In this document: one piece after another, positions 14,885-27,000 of the stretch
How positions within the stretch are numbered: the stretch's first letter is position 1
Layout of the letters: the number at the start of each line of letters is the position of its first letter
Assembly: GCA_000934665.2 (NCBI GenBank)
Contig: KZ538090.1
Location: 1-64,000, forward strand
Direction of reading: 5' to 3'
Source: Catajapyx aquilonaris
Taxonomy: Eukaryota
Length of the DNA: 64,000 nt
Made by a program: the position numbers and the translations under genes
Notes under the pieces: generated by a model
What the model was told of the DNA's origin: nothing
Databases searched by the model: none
What the model saw: the letters and a program-made list of their open reading frames with translations, nothing else

Positions 14885-15107
14885 CTATTGTTGTTGTTGT
14901 TGTAATACAGCGGTATTGTAGAAGGCATATAGTAGCAACGAACATCATTGCGGATACAGACAGATTTCATTTTTCGTGTTTGTCGCGGATGAGAAGGTAG
15001 CTGTAGTATGGCAAGGAAAACAATCGCGACAGGGCGAGGCGGAGATCGAACGCAGGGCCTTACATTTGCAAGGTAGTAGCGTAAACCACTGCGCTACCAT
15101 GCTGCCC
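14885..15107 (-). mobile_element. tRNA-derived SINE, about 220 bp
   Basis: The minus-strand head GGGCAGCATGGTAGCGCAGTGGTTTACG...GCGTTCGATCTCCGCC has an A box (TAGCGCAGTGG) and a B box (GTTCGATCTC), and the element ends in a (CAA)n tail at about 14885-14902. No TSD was seen. Confidence 0.6.
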
Positions 15108-18070
15108 GTTTCAATCGGTAATGAATGACTGAATTAGTAGCAGTGAGTTCGTTTCGGCCAATTAGAGTATTTTTGTTGCACTTGACTCTTCATTGGTGTC
15201 AGACAGTAAGAGTTACCAAGCAAGGAGAGATCAGGAAGGTCACCCAAAGGGGAAGAGAGAGTTTTTGGATCGAGGGAGGAAACGCAGAAATTCCGTACTT
15301 CCCAGATGTAATCCAGCAGAAACTCGATTGCCAATAAATTGGATTGGCTGTGAATCGTTTTATTGACGGCTGAAAAACACAGCTTCAAAAGCACTGAAAT
15401 ATTGCCGCAACCCAAGGAACAATCAAACAACGATTTTCTCAAATGACTACCTTGAATAGACACTCGGTTAAGCCAAAATTGGGTCACGTAAGCTAACTCC
15501 ACGTGTTAACTATTTATCCGGACTGAAATTGGTATATTCAATGATTATACCGCGAGTTAAGTGATTACTGATTCTTGATTTTAGGTGATACTTTAAACTA
15601 CTATTTTGGAGATATACTAAGGTGCCTATTCCTGTTCACTTACAATTAGTTCAAGTCAATGTGATTGTTGTGATTGTAGTAACGCATCTGGTGATAATAA
15701 CGATGAAAACAGTGATGTTCGAAGCTTGCAGAGAGCGCTGTTTCCCAGCTCCCTCCCGTATTTTCTTTGCACCAACCTGATGCTGCAGGCCTACCACTGC
15801 AGTTAAAGTAATCACCCCTTCTCTTTACCCACTATCTCCTTTTACTAGTAACACAATTCCCATAGATGTCGCATGGAAGGGTAATGAAAACAAATCCCAG
15901 AAGTATCCCTAAGAATGGCTATTAAAAGGAGCATAAAACTTGATTTGAACCAGAGTTTTCCCCGACGGGGTAATGATCGCCCTCCTAACAGCGTCGTGGT
16001 CTTCTCCTGGTCATCGTGCAAATCAGTATAATGCTACATTACATTTCACATTTTCAGGAGGTCAAAGTGGCTCAAATATAATATGGCAAAATAACTTTTG
16101 GTTTTTGTCGGGGACTTTGCGAGGCTAAGTTTAGGACATATGCAACGTCGTGGTCCAACTAAAGTGTTGGCTAGAGTCGACAATTTTCTCGCATTAACCT
16201 TATCATTAATCATGAGGATTCCGCAGGAAGATCTGATATGGAAAAAAGGTCCAGTCACTGCAACTGATCGTAGAGGACAATATATCAAAATGGGTTACTC
16301 GAAATGTCTTTAGTTCTGAAAATAGTTGCGATTCAGGTGAATTCAGTAAATGAACGTTTCCCCTCAACCAAAACTGCAGGCTTCGTTAGCGTCTCTACCT
16401 AAAATTGACTGTTGGAAATGAACTATACGGATTGAATATGAAACAACCAGTGCGGAAAAATAGCTAACTAAAAAGAATGTTCAATTATTATTATTGGAAC
16501 ACGCTGTGTAGGCCTACTTCAGTATAGCCTATACGTAACTTACATTTCTTTGAAGATCTTAATGATCTTCACTTTCATCAATGCGGACGTGAGTTCCTCT
16601 TTGTTACGTGTGTCTGTAGCCCACTGTCGCCTATGTCGCTTCCTCAGACATCCTACGAGTTCACTACATGCCACTCATTCCTGATGTGATGTAGAAAATG
16701 GCAATAAAATGCGCCAGAGGTAGCCTACAGCGACACTCATACGATATACCATGATGGTTGTCCGCACTCAAGTTATGATAATAGAGCTGTCTGGTACACA
16801 ATTGGTGATTTCATTCGAATATGTTTCTTATAAGCTTTGTAGAATAACATGCAGTGTTATTTCCTTGCAATTACTTACAGTATGTTGTTGTGATCATATA
16901 CTCATTAGTCATTATTATAGGTTACTTCTGCCATAAACGGTAAATGTAAATGGCAGGGCCCCAATGTGAATGAGATACAAACATTTTTTTCTAAAAGAGC
17001 ACCTAAATTTATTTTTTTCTGTTGTGTTCCGAGGATAGAGTTCAAACTATAAGCTACCAAATGTGGGTTACTAAGCTTCGAACATCCTTCAAAACCTTTA
17101 AATATGGGAGACGGGAGTGGAGGTAATCAAATTACTTGAGCTCGAAACTGTTTTAAAAGCTTCGGTAGTCCAGAAGATTAGACTACCTGAAGCTATAAAC
17201 AACAATTTCCTTCTAGAGAATCCAGGCTTAACCGATTTATGGCCAGCCCTACATTACTGTATATACCCAAACTGCTTCTGCACATTATATTCCCCCACAA
17301 AGGCTAAGATATAAAGAGACTTTATTTGATATCGACCCGGAAGCCTATCGACTGTAAATGTCACTGAGGTATATGTTAGAGGAGGACATTCGTATTATTG
17401 TACTTTCTTTGTACGACTTCACGGAAATTATTTCGCGCAAAACCTGCCCTTTTTACGGTGAAAAGCGACCTAGCCCTTTTGGATTACATCATACTGATGT
17501 ATACTGTATATATTTCTGGGCAATATTAGACTAACTTAAGACCTCAATATACTCTTTTCCCCATCATTACCTGATGGCATTCGAACCCTGATTAAAAAAT
17601 TCTTATTGCTGTCTTACACACAGTAGTATGAAATGTTGCTGAAATTGCACTCCTGTTCAATATGCAGGGTGGTGGACAGTCCAACATTACACTTCAAGGG
17701 CTGGGAGGGGGGAGGGACAATAACGGATTGTTTACTCCAGCAACAATGAGGGCATCAAATACTTGCTCGTTATTGTTGCTTCACTTTAAACTGGTTGCTG
17801 GCGTCTAGCATCTTTCCTTCCACACTACTAACTTTTCTCTTAATTTGGGCACACAGGGCATGCCCCTGTAAATGAAATACTTGCCGATTAGCTGACATCT
17901 CTGATAATATGATCTCGCTGCCATCATATAGGCACCAGGCAAAATCCGTGTGACATTTAAAATTAGCCTCGTTAATATGGGGTTCGTCTCTGGGAGAGGC
18001 GCAACGACGTGAACTGTGCCTGTACGTGCAGAAGCGACCGGCAACGATGCAAATTAGGGGCTTTCGCCCC

Positions 18071-18112
18071 NNNNNNNNNNNNNNNNNNCTCTCTCTCTCT
18101 CTCTCTCTCTCT
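18071..18112. repeat. Assembly gap (N run) followed by a (CT)n microsatellite
   Basis: Ns at 18071-18088, then CT repeats to about 18112. Confidence 0.95.
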
Positions 18113-18500
18113 CGCTTTCAATAGTCTGAGGGCTGCTGCATTCTTCCCCTGGAGGTGTCCGGTGTGATATGAGTTTAATGTACTGAACCGACTTTTTTGA
18201 CGACAATGTGACGTAAATATTGGTTTAGGTGATGGAGTCATTTATGAGGGTAAGGTTTATGACAGTGTGAAATTATAAGCCTGATTAGCTTTTAGCCTCA
18301 GTATAATCCTGTCCTGCTACGTGACTGGAAAGCTCAAATTATTATATTATCTAGCTGCTGGAAGCGTTGCACCAGTAGTCTATAAGTTATTCGGGAATTA
18401 AATAGTGTACTACCAGTAAAAAGATGTTTCGACCAAATGTACTTTCACTGTATTGGCGCTACCCATCCATCGGCATTCTATCAATTTAAAACACGACACT

Positions 18501-18575
18501 GTTTTTTTCGTCGCGTTTTTTCTTCAAAAAAAATCCATTGAATGGATTTTGAAGAAAAAACGCGACGAAAAAAAC
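18501..18575. repeat. Near-perfect 75-bp palindrome
   Basis: GTTTTTTTCGTCGCGTTTTTTCTTCAAAA(AAAA)TCCATT-G-AATGGATTTTGAAGAAAAAACGCGACGAAAAAAAC. The arms are complementary except for 4 extra A on the left, around a single-base centre at 18540. Confidence 0.9.
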
Positions 18576-18719
18576 TATTTTTGTATAGCGACAAACTAAA
18601 CTTTTTAATGGCAGAAAGGACGTGCAATTAATCAGTATATCATTACCGTCTTCGAACTGCAGTATAATTTCATTGAAAATTATTGCTAAAATTGTGTACC
18701 GTATAATTATGTTCGGCTG

Positions 18720-19088
18720 AAACCCCGAAAACTGCCATAGGCCGAAAAAAACCACCAGCCGCAGGTTTGGTCGCCTCCAAAATACCAGACCTAGGTGTGG
18801 GTGTTTCAAAACAGCCACACAGCTAGTTCTGGTCGTGTACTGCTTATTCATATACATTACATATGGATATGGAGGTGATTGGGAAATGGATGGGGCTCTT
18901 TGTGTTGGTGTGGCTGTGGGGCTTCGCGGTGACCGCACCAGGTCTGTCCTTTCTTGTGGCCCTGCCAGGCACTGTCCCTCGCAGTAACGACCAGAACTAG
19001 CTGTGGCTGTTTTAAAACGATCGCGGTTAGGTCTAGGCCTTTATTTTATTTTTATTTTTTGAATATACAATGGCCGTTTTCGGGGTTT
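18720..19088. mobile_element. Foldback/MITE-like element with long imperfect inverted arms
   Basis: 18720-18738 (AAACCCCGAAAACTGCCAT) pairs with 19070-19088, and 18803-18843 (GTTTCAAAACAGCCACACAGCTAGTTCTGGTCGTGTACTGC) pairs with 18981-19018. The true ends and TSD were not resolved. Confidence 0.6.
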
Positions 19089-20437
19089 GGGAGAGCCTAA
19101 TATATACCGGTGTCCTACACTTACCCCACTAAATAAATTTTTCTTCGATATAAGAAGGAAGCAAATATATCTTTCATTTGTATGAAAACGTATCGACTCT
19201 AAAGTACTCAAGGTTCACGTTTTATCCTATTACTCACCCTCATTTGGCACTAATGTGTACATCGTAGGTATAGCTCCAACTAAAGGAATTAGGCCAGTAG
19301 AGTATTCGGGATCAGAACACCTGCACCACTTTGCCACTTAATGTGTGACTATTTCTAAATTGCAGGTGACAAACATACTTGTCCGTATAATCATCATAAT
19401 TTTGTAAGTATGAAATGAGATTGTTATTCATCAGACCTGGCAACAATTGAGTTATGAATTCAGTAATGTATCTGCCTATTTTCAGGTGATGTCTTGAACT
19501 CCCTGGTAAAAGCCACAAAAATATTACAACGAATATGACAAACGTACAAATTCTAATTTAGCTGCACTTGGCTGTACTTTTACCAGCTTGTCCATTAACA
19601 AAGCACATGCATTACATAACTTTTATACGAGATAACATAATAATAAAAGTATAAGTCAAATAACTCCGTCGCTTTTCTTTATTTGCAACAGAGGACGTCT
19701 CGATAAGCATTTCATCGACCATGTAGTTGACGCACCTGCCTGCAGATGGAACAACACTTGCTCCTTCCAGTCTTCCACGGGCTGCTGGTTACGTTAGTTT
19801 TTTATTGCCAATAAACAACAGTAGAATATTGCACTGCAGAATGTACTCAATAAAGCAATATGGCAAACATGACCCCAATAAACATCAAGGTTTAATTGAT
19901 TTACAATGATGTTTGTTTACTAATGTTTGCAGTCTATCTGCTCTGTAAAGAGAAGAATGCCGCAAAGTATGCGGAAATTCCAATCGACATTTCCAAGAGT
20001 GCAAAATGGGTCACATAAACCAAATCAAATGATGCTGCACTCCCTATTTACTGTATGTGCAGGTGTCAATATGTAGATCACATCCTTTTTTTTCCTCTAT
20101 AGGAACTGTTATGTATCGGCACACCGGCACTGAAAATGGTGCAAGCTGTCACACCAGTTGAGAAGTAAGATAAGAACCTGTCGGCATCCAACGCCCACAT
20201 CATCATTACGCAGAATGAGAAGAAGAAAAATCGTTCATTCATCTTACTTCACATATGGGCCAGGTCAACGCTCCAACACACTTTTCACCAAAAATCTCGC
20301 CGCAATTTAATCGAACCATCCCTGAGGTCAAGGCAAACAATTATAACCGAACAGACTTCCACATATGCTCCTGGGAATGTAACCATTAGCCTATATTTCC
20401 GCAATGCACATGAATTGTTGGGTGCGTCTGGCACATA

Positions 20438-20623
20438 CAGGGTGGATCACTGCTCAAGCCCCCCAAGTGATTACGTTACTAATTGTTCGCTCCTGCAATA
20501 CTTCCAGATAAGTGACACTGGGTCCTTCAACAACTTGATTGCCATTAAAATTGTTTCTGGGGTAAACAATTTCCAACTTTTTCCCTCACTTACTGGGGAT
20601 AATTTGGGTAGTGCACCGCCCTG
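20438..20623. mobile_element. Tc1/mariner-type MITE (186 bp) upstream of the Mcr-like gene
   Basis: TA-flanked imperfect TIRs: CAGGGTGGATCACTGCTCAA versus the reverse complement CAGGGCGGTGCACTACCCAA (15/20 match). Confidence 0.5.
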
Positions 20624-21049
20624 TATGCGGCAGGTTGTTGTGTATGGTTAGTGCGGGTTAGTGTATCCTCTATGTGGCAGTAGTGCTTCGGCCTGCACGA
20701 CGTGCACTCTATGCACCCATCACAGTGCAGCTGTGGACTCGAAGGAGTACAGTCAGGGCAGCCACGTGGGGAAGACCTCCGCAGACGAGCGTCTCAAGTG
20801 CGCCGGTGCACTGGCCCATTCAGTCTGCTGAAACCAGCCGAGGAGATCACTTCTGCTTGTGTGTTGCTTCTTTCCTTACCTTACTTACAATAAACCCCCA
20901 AGGCAAATCGGACACAATGGAATTCTCGCCTCGGTGACGGATAATAACTTCGTGATATGTCCCTTTCTTACGCGCTCATACGTCACCTCGACATGTCGGA
21001 TGTGCAGCATGGGATCTCTCGATGCGTGTGATATCGAGTGTCATCAGTG

Positions 21050-24000
21050 ATGGCTGTGATGGTGATGGTGTGCGGTCAGAGACGCCTCTTGCTCTGGACT
21101 TTGGTCATGTTCGGAGTGGTCACCGGACAGCAGCAGGACTTCAACGAGGTCCCGGTGGTCACCTCCTACGACCCGTACTTTCAGAGGGCGAATAATCCCA
21201 ACCAGATTTTCTTTCATTCTTTCACCGAGGCTCCGTAAGTATGCCGAATGTTTGCGATACCGCGAGATAAGCAGTTTTATATAGTGCGGATGCCGATGTT
21301 GACAAACACTCATTCCGAATGTGTATGTGCAACACATTACAATTGAAGAACAAGTGCCGTTTTGTTACCCGCAACAAATGTTGCAGAATGCATTACCTCA
21401 TAATAGTAACTGATTATTACAAGCCTTTACATGTTCCGCGAATTTTTTGACATTGTGGACAGTCATTACATGGCCAATAAGTTGCATCATTGCAAAACCG
21501 CATCCTGAGTCTAATTTTAAGATGGGTATATCAAGGACGGGGCAGATAGTAATCTGACTGCACGAAGCCAATTAATAGGACAGATTTGATCTATCCGGCC
21601 AAGAAAAGGCCTCCACAAATAGGTTCGTGCAGACTAGTATAAATGAAACATTTTCACGCTTGTGCATATCACGAAAAGAGATGAGTTGTAACCGTCTATT
21701 GTGACAACACGAAACCTTTTCAGAGCAAAAAAAGCCGAAAAATGGCACTTTTGTGTCTGCACTTCCTAACAACAACCTATGGTAACAGGAAAGAGGCTAT
21801 GAACTAGAAACCGGTAAAAGGGTCGGGATCTACTTTTTTAAGTGGGTAAGCTCGACCAATGAAGGGCCAGGAAGTGCATCTTTCTGCAGGGTCTTATAAA
21901 AAGAAAATACAGAGTAACGACCACGGTTGAGTGACCTCCATGGTAGGGCAGTGAACAGTAAAAGCCTATTTCATACCCACTATAGTAATCCATCATTACT
22001 GGGTTTTTTTATTGAATAATAGAGTACCGAGTCGAGCCTGAGGTTTTAAAAACCATGCTTTAAAAAACCAGTCTCCTGCAAAGATACAACCAGACCGTGA
22101 AGAAGCGGCAAAAAGAGGTTGATGGCCCTCACACTTCTACAAAAAACGTCTAATGCAAAACTAACAGGTATCTGATCACTATGACGTAGATGTTGATGTA
22201 TAGAGTCGACTAGCATATAATTTACGTATGTATTACAATATAGTGGTACAGGTATAGCCGACCGGTTTTAAGATCCAGCAGCCCAAATGCAAAGGGTGTG
22301 GTCATACGCCTGTTAGAACACACCTAGAGCTTATGGCATAGCCTACTTTTTCTCTCAAATCTGGAGGGTAAACCCACCACACTTCTTGGAGACTGTAGGA
22401 AATTGTTGTTTCCGGGCAAAGTCTTGGATTTCATTGTGAGACAGACACGCGTGGGATCGTATGTGCATGGTCGTTACCACATTTTCCCATCATCTGACAT
22501 GAAACTCATCCTTGACTCGCTTCTTCGCCGGAATAGAGTCCTTGATGACCTTAGTTCACAAGAATAAATTACTGTCGCTCCCTCTGCTTAATTAAAGACC
22601 ACAATTTATTTCGCAATGTATTAAACCGCTGCATACGAATCAATTTACTGCAGTTTGTCCAGGTAGAAGGAAGTTGCAATGTGAAAAACAATTTTGCAAT
22701 CTCTATATGATTTTAAATAGTGCATTAAGCGACGATAATTGCAGTAGGGCAATGTACAGGAAGGGAGTCTTCCCAGACAAGTTTCTCTTCAGCTCCTTGT
22801 TCATCATCCACTTATAATTTCACAGCCTGAGGGGCATCACGTTTGCTAAACCTCTCAAGGGCAAAACGAATAATTGGCAAAGAGACACATAAGGTGGGTG
22901 GTGTACCTCTATTGGGTGGCACGCTTGAAAAGGTGCATGTCCACTTCGGCACTCCCTCGTCTCTTATGCCATCTTAGGAAAAAAATTGCCTCGGGACAAT
23001 CCGAAGAAACTTTCTCGGCAATGACATACATCCATCAAAATACAGCACCAATCACACTATACGCTGTAATTAAATCGGTATAAACCGACATCATTTGCCA
23101 GAAGCCTGTCGAATTAATGTCCCAGAAACAATGAGCCCGTGCTTTAAGAGGCAGGTAAATAGCAGGTGAGCTCCGTTGTGGTGTCAGGTTGATGATCTGA
23201 GGCCACCAGCCTGGAATTGATCAGAGTCCCAGTGGTATACGTGGGAGACTTTAATATTCGAGAGATTTTTTTGCATACAAGCCGACAACAGGCTAAAGAC
23301 ACGTCAATCATGTTGGGCTGCTTACATTAATTTTTGAGGAATTTTAAGCAGGCTTGCCATTTATATGCTAATGCGGATGAACTCGTGGCAGATGGCTCGT
23401 GCATTGGGGGCCTATTTGGATTAAAATTTAGTTTCAACAGCTTCCTGCAAAATGTTTCCTGCGTTTAGTTCCACTTCCTGCCATATTTTCCTTGTAACAA
23501 TTTTGCACGTAAAATGAAACTAATTTTTAAAATAAAAGTCAAGAACCTGCATAATACACCAGAGGACGTTGTAACGTCGTACAATAATGTATAATGGACT
23601 CCCTTAATATTAATATGTACTGGGTACATACTGCAAAATTGCTTGTTCATTTCTCTTTAATGACTCCTGTAATTGCAGTATTTAGAATAACTCCAACCAG
23701 GTTGCCCCTAAGGATTACAAGCAACATTCCTTTCTTAGCTGCTGCTCCACCTTTTTACCTGAAGGCCTTTCATGACTGCAATGCATTACAGTACTAGTCT
23801 CGCTACCTACTTGCATTTTCCAGACCCTACTTATTCCTTTTTGTCCGACGCCACATAGGTCATTTCCGCGTTTGTTCTTTCCGTGCAGAACAACCCAAGG
23901 TTATAATCATGTAAGATGTGTCGATTACATCCGAGCAGACCACCACTCAATTAATGCTATATAATCTTATTTGGCTCCGTGTGTTGACGGAAGTGTCGGT

Positions 24001-27000
24001 TATTTTCTACACACACAGAACACATCACGCTGAGTGGGTGCAATTTAATTCAAAAAGCTATTTCGAAAATAAAGAGCTCGGCACAGATTTTAGCAAAATT
24101 GCAATACCGTGCGTGCTAACTTTTTGAAACTTATCGGGAAAAGTTGCTTAACCGAACTATAAATAAGGCACGATACCCATCAGGTTATTCACCTGTACTT
24201 AGCCCAAGACTTTCTACTGCCCGACTATAACAGGCCCCGTTGCAAAAACTTAGCGACGACTAGACACCTTTATTGACCCCGGACATGCAAGGGTGACTAT
24301 ACCTTTGACCTGATTCCATAGATAACTCGGCACTGCAACTTTCATTGATTTAATGCAGGAGGTACCTGGTGGTGGCCCCTGCAGTGGTACGACCTTCCAC
24401 CGTTTACAAGGTGGTGGTGTCCCTTCTTCGAGAGCTGCAAGAGACGTCGATCGTGGACATCAGGACATACCTGTCCAGAGATGGGGTCGAAATGGCCTCT
24501 GCCATCAAGTCCATGACAGCCGGTCACACCGAAACTCTTCTACTCAAGGTACCACCAGTTGTCGCAGAAACTCCATTTATTTATTTATTTTATTTCGTTA
24601 AAGAAATGCAATAAATAATACCTCCATAAATTTTTTTGTCAGGTTCCTCCGACCAGCATACCTGGACAGTACCGTCTTCGCATAGAGGGCAACCATCCTG
24701 GCCTGGTCGGCGGCACAGTGTTCCTCAATGAGACGGACCTGTCCTTCTCGGGTCGCTTCCTGACCATCGTGGTTCAGACAAATCGTCACGTATACAACGG
24801 AGATCAGATGGGTATGCGCATATCCGCTTTACGGCCCTTTAAATCGGCAATATTTATTCCGCAAACACAGTCCATTTCTCCTACATTGTACACAAATTCT
24901 CATGGGCTCGATGTCACCTTTAGACTCTTTAACGAGTGCCACACTCATAAAGGCGGCGCAATGCACCAGTCGATATTGACTTATCCCATTATATGGGGAA
25001 GTCCAAAGATATGGTATCTTAAGTGCGAGTGTAACTTTCGCTAGAGGGTAAAAAAATGTGCAGCACGCAAATCCGTCACGCTATTTTTTTATCTCGCGTG
25101 AATTGTGGGATTCATCCCCATTTGGGCGGTGCTGTCTATTATTTGCCCAAGGTTTCCTCAACTTGCTTTTTTCCCCTTTGCAAACTTAGGCCCGTAATTA
25201 AGCTTAATTAAACAGCTTTATTTTGTCCTTTCGCAGTTCGATTCAGAGCCGTGATCCTGACCACGGAAATGAAGCCATTCGATGACCCGGTCACCGTTTA
25301 CATCTTGGTGAGTGTTTCGTGACGTGTTAATATTGGGCAAAAATCAGGCCAATGATCCACATTCTGATTTTTCTTATCTGGAGCGCCCCCCTCGTATATA
25401 CATATAGAGATAATCCTTGAAGCGCCCACTATTAGGGCGTGCCAAAATTAGAAATCGGGGAAGGGCGGCCCCTTGATTGATACGCAAGTGGGTTCAAATC
25501 GCTTCCTGCGGATACGTGTGATGGAATCCATCCCAGTGAAGGTATGATGCAGAGCTGGACCTCATTATGTGCATCAAAAGGACACCGGAACTGCGCATCC
25601 TCTCGGAGAGGCAAAGAAATTAGTCGCCATTTTGTCCACTGTACCGTTGCTGAGATAATAACTGGCGGGGTCAACATTTTTCGCATTTGTCCTAGTAGGG
25701 CCTGAATTTTCTATTTATTGTGCCTACCACTGTCGGATGTTATGCCAGACCTATGGAGTACCGGCACTTATAAGCTGTAGCTTGATAGCCTTGATTGAAA
25801 GTGAAGTTTTGCATACAGGGTGGGTCTATGGCTGGCTATAAGTCAGGGCCGATGTTTTATTTCCGCATTGTCATCGACTGAAATGTAGTGAGAAAACAAC
25901 ATTGAAAACCAAAATATTGTCTAGACAAAAAAATCAAGAAAAATCAAATTACGGACCCTCATTATAGACTAAGCGATCATTTGTTTGACGGCTGCTCAGT
26001 AAAAGTGACTCACATATGTAACGAATTGTTCCATTGTGTTAAATGACTAAGCATAAATGTTAGGTATTTTCACGTCAATCAATGGCACGTAGACCAGAAA
26101 ATTTGTTGCCATTTCAGGGCCAATAATGAGCTCCTTCTTTCGTATTGGCCGTATGTTGTCCGTAACACTTCAAGCTAAAAGTGCCGTTTGGTAATTCCAC
26201 TAAACTTTACAGGATCCCAGAGGATTTGTAATGAGGAGATGGCCTTCTGTAGAAACAACTTATGGTAAGTGTCTCCATTTACGACTTACACTCTTATTTG
26301 CTTAAGGTGTAACTCTAAAATTACTTGAGGGTTAAGTATGGTGTGACACTATAGCATTTGCACAATCTCTTAGGAGGAAAATGGTTACGCAGATTCTCGT
26401 GCCCTTGGGCAGTGCCTATACTTATACTGCAATGTCTCAGTATCGACAAGGTCGCTTTTTCCCAAGATTAATTATCCACTCTGTCGCTTACAAAATATTT
26501 CCTGTCAGAAACAAGGATTCATTGGAGTGAGCCCCTACTGAATTAACATGTACATCGTCCCGTTCTTAGGTGTGGTCAGCCTGCAGTACAAACTGCCAGA
26601 ATTGGCCAAAGTTGGCCACTGGAGAATACGTATAGAAGCTCGAAGCCAAATAGAAGACACGTTCATGAAAGTAGAAACTTATTATCAGCCTCAATTTGAG
26701 GTAGGGAATTTACTATCCGGTAGTTTTTTTAAAATGGCCAGAGCTAAGACTAAAATTAATCCTGCAGGTATTCATAGCAATGCCAACTTTTTACCTGGAC
26801 TCGGCTGACAACGTGGATGCCACGGTGTCAGCCCTGTACGGAACTGAAAAGACAGTCAGAGGTAACGTAACAGTACGCTTATATGCAAAACAGATGGAAC
26901 CATATGAAGAATACGAGCTTCTCTGGATACACTACATAACTATGGTACGATCAATCCGGGTTCAACTGAGAAAATACCTATACCCTACATTCTAAAGGTA

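Noticed and set aside
15031..15107. tRNA gene on the minus strand
   Set aside because: The stems pair imperfectly and are followed by a body and a (CAA)n tail; better explained as a SINE head.
24549..24651. Intron start and next exon both encode VPP (intron gain by duplication)
   Set aside because: Only 9 nt with three mismatches, partly forced by the GT donor; compatible with chance.
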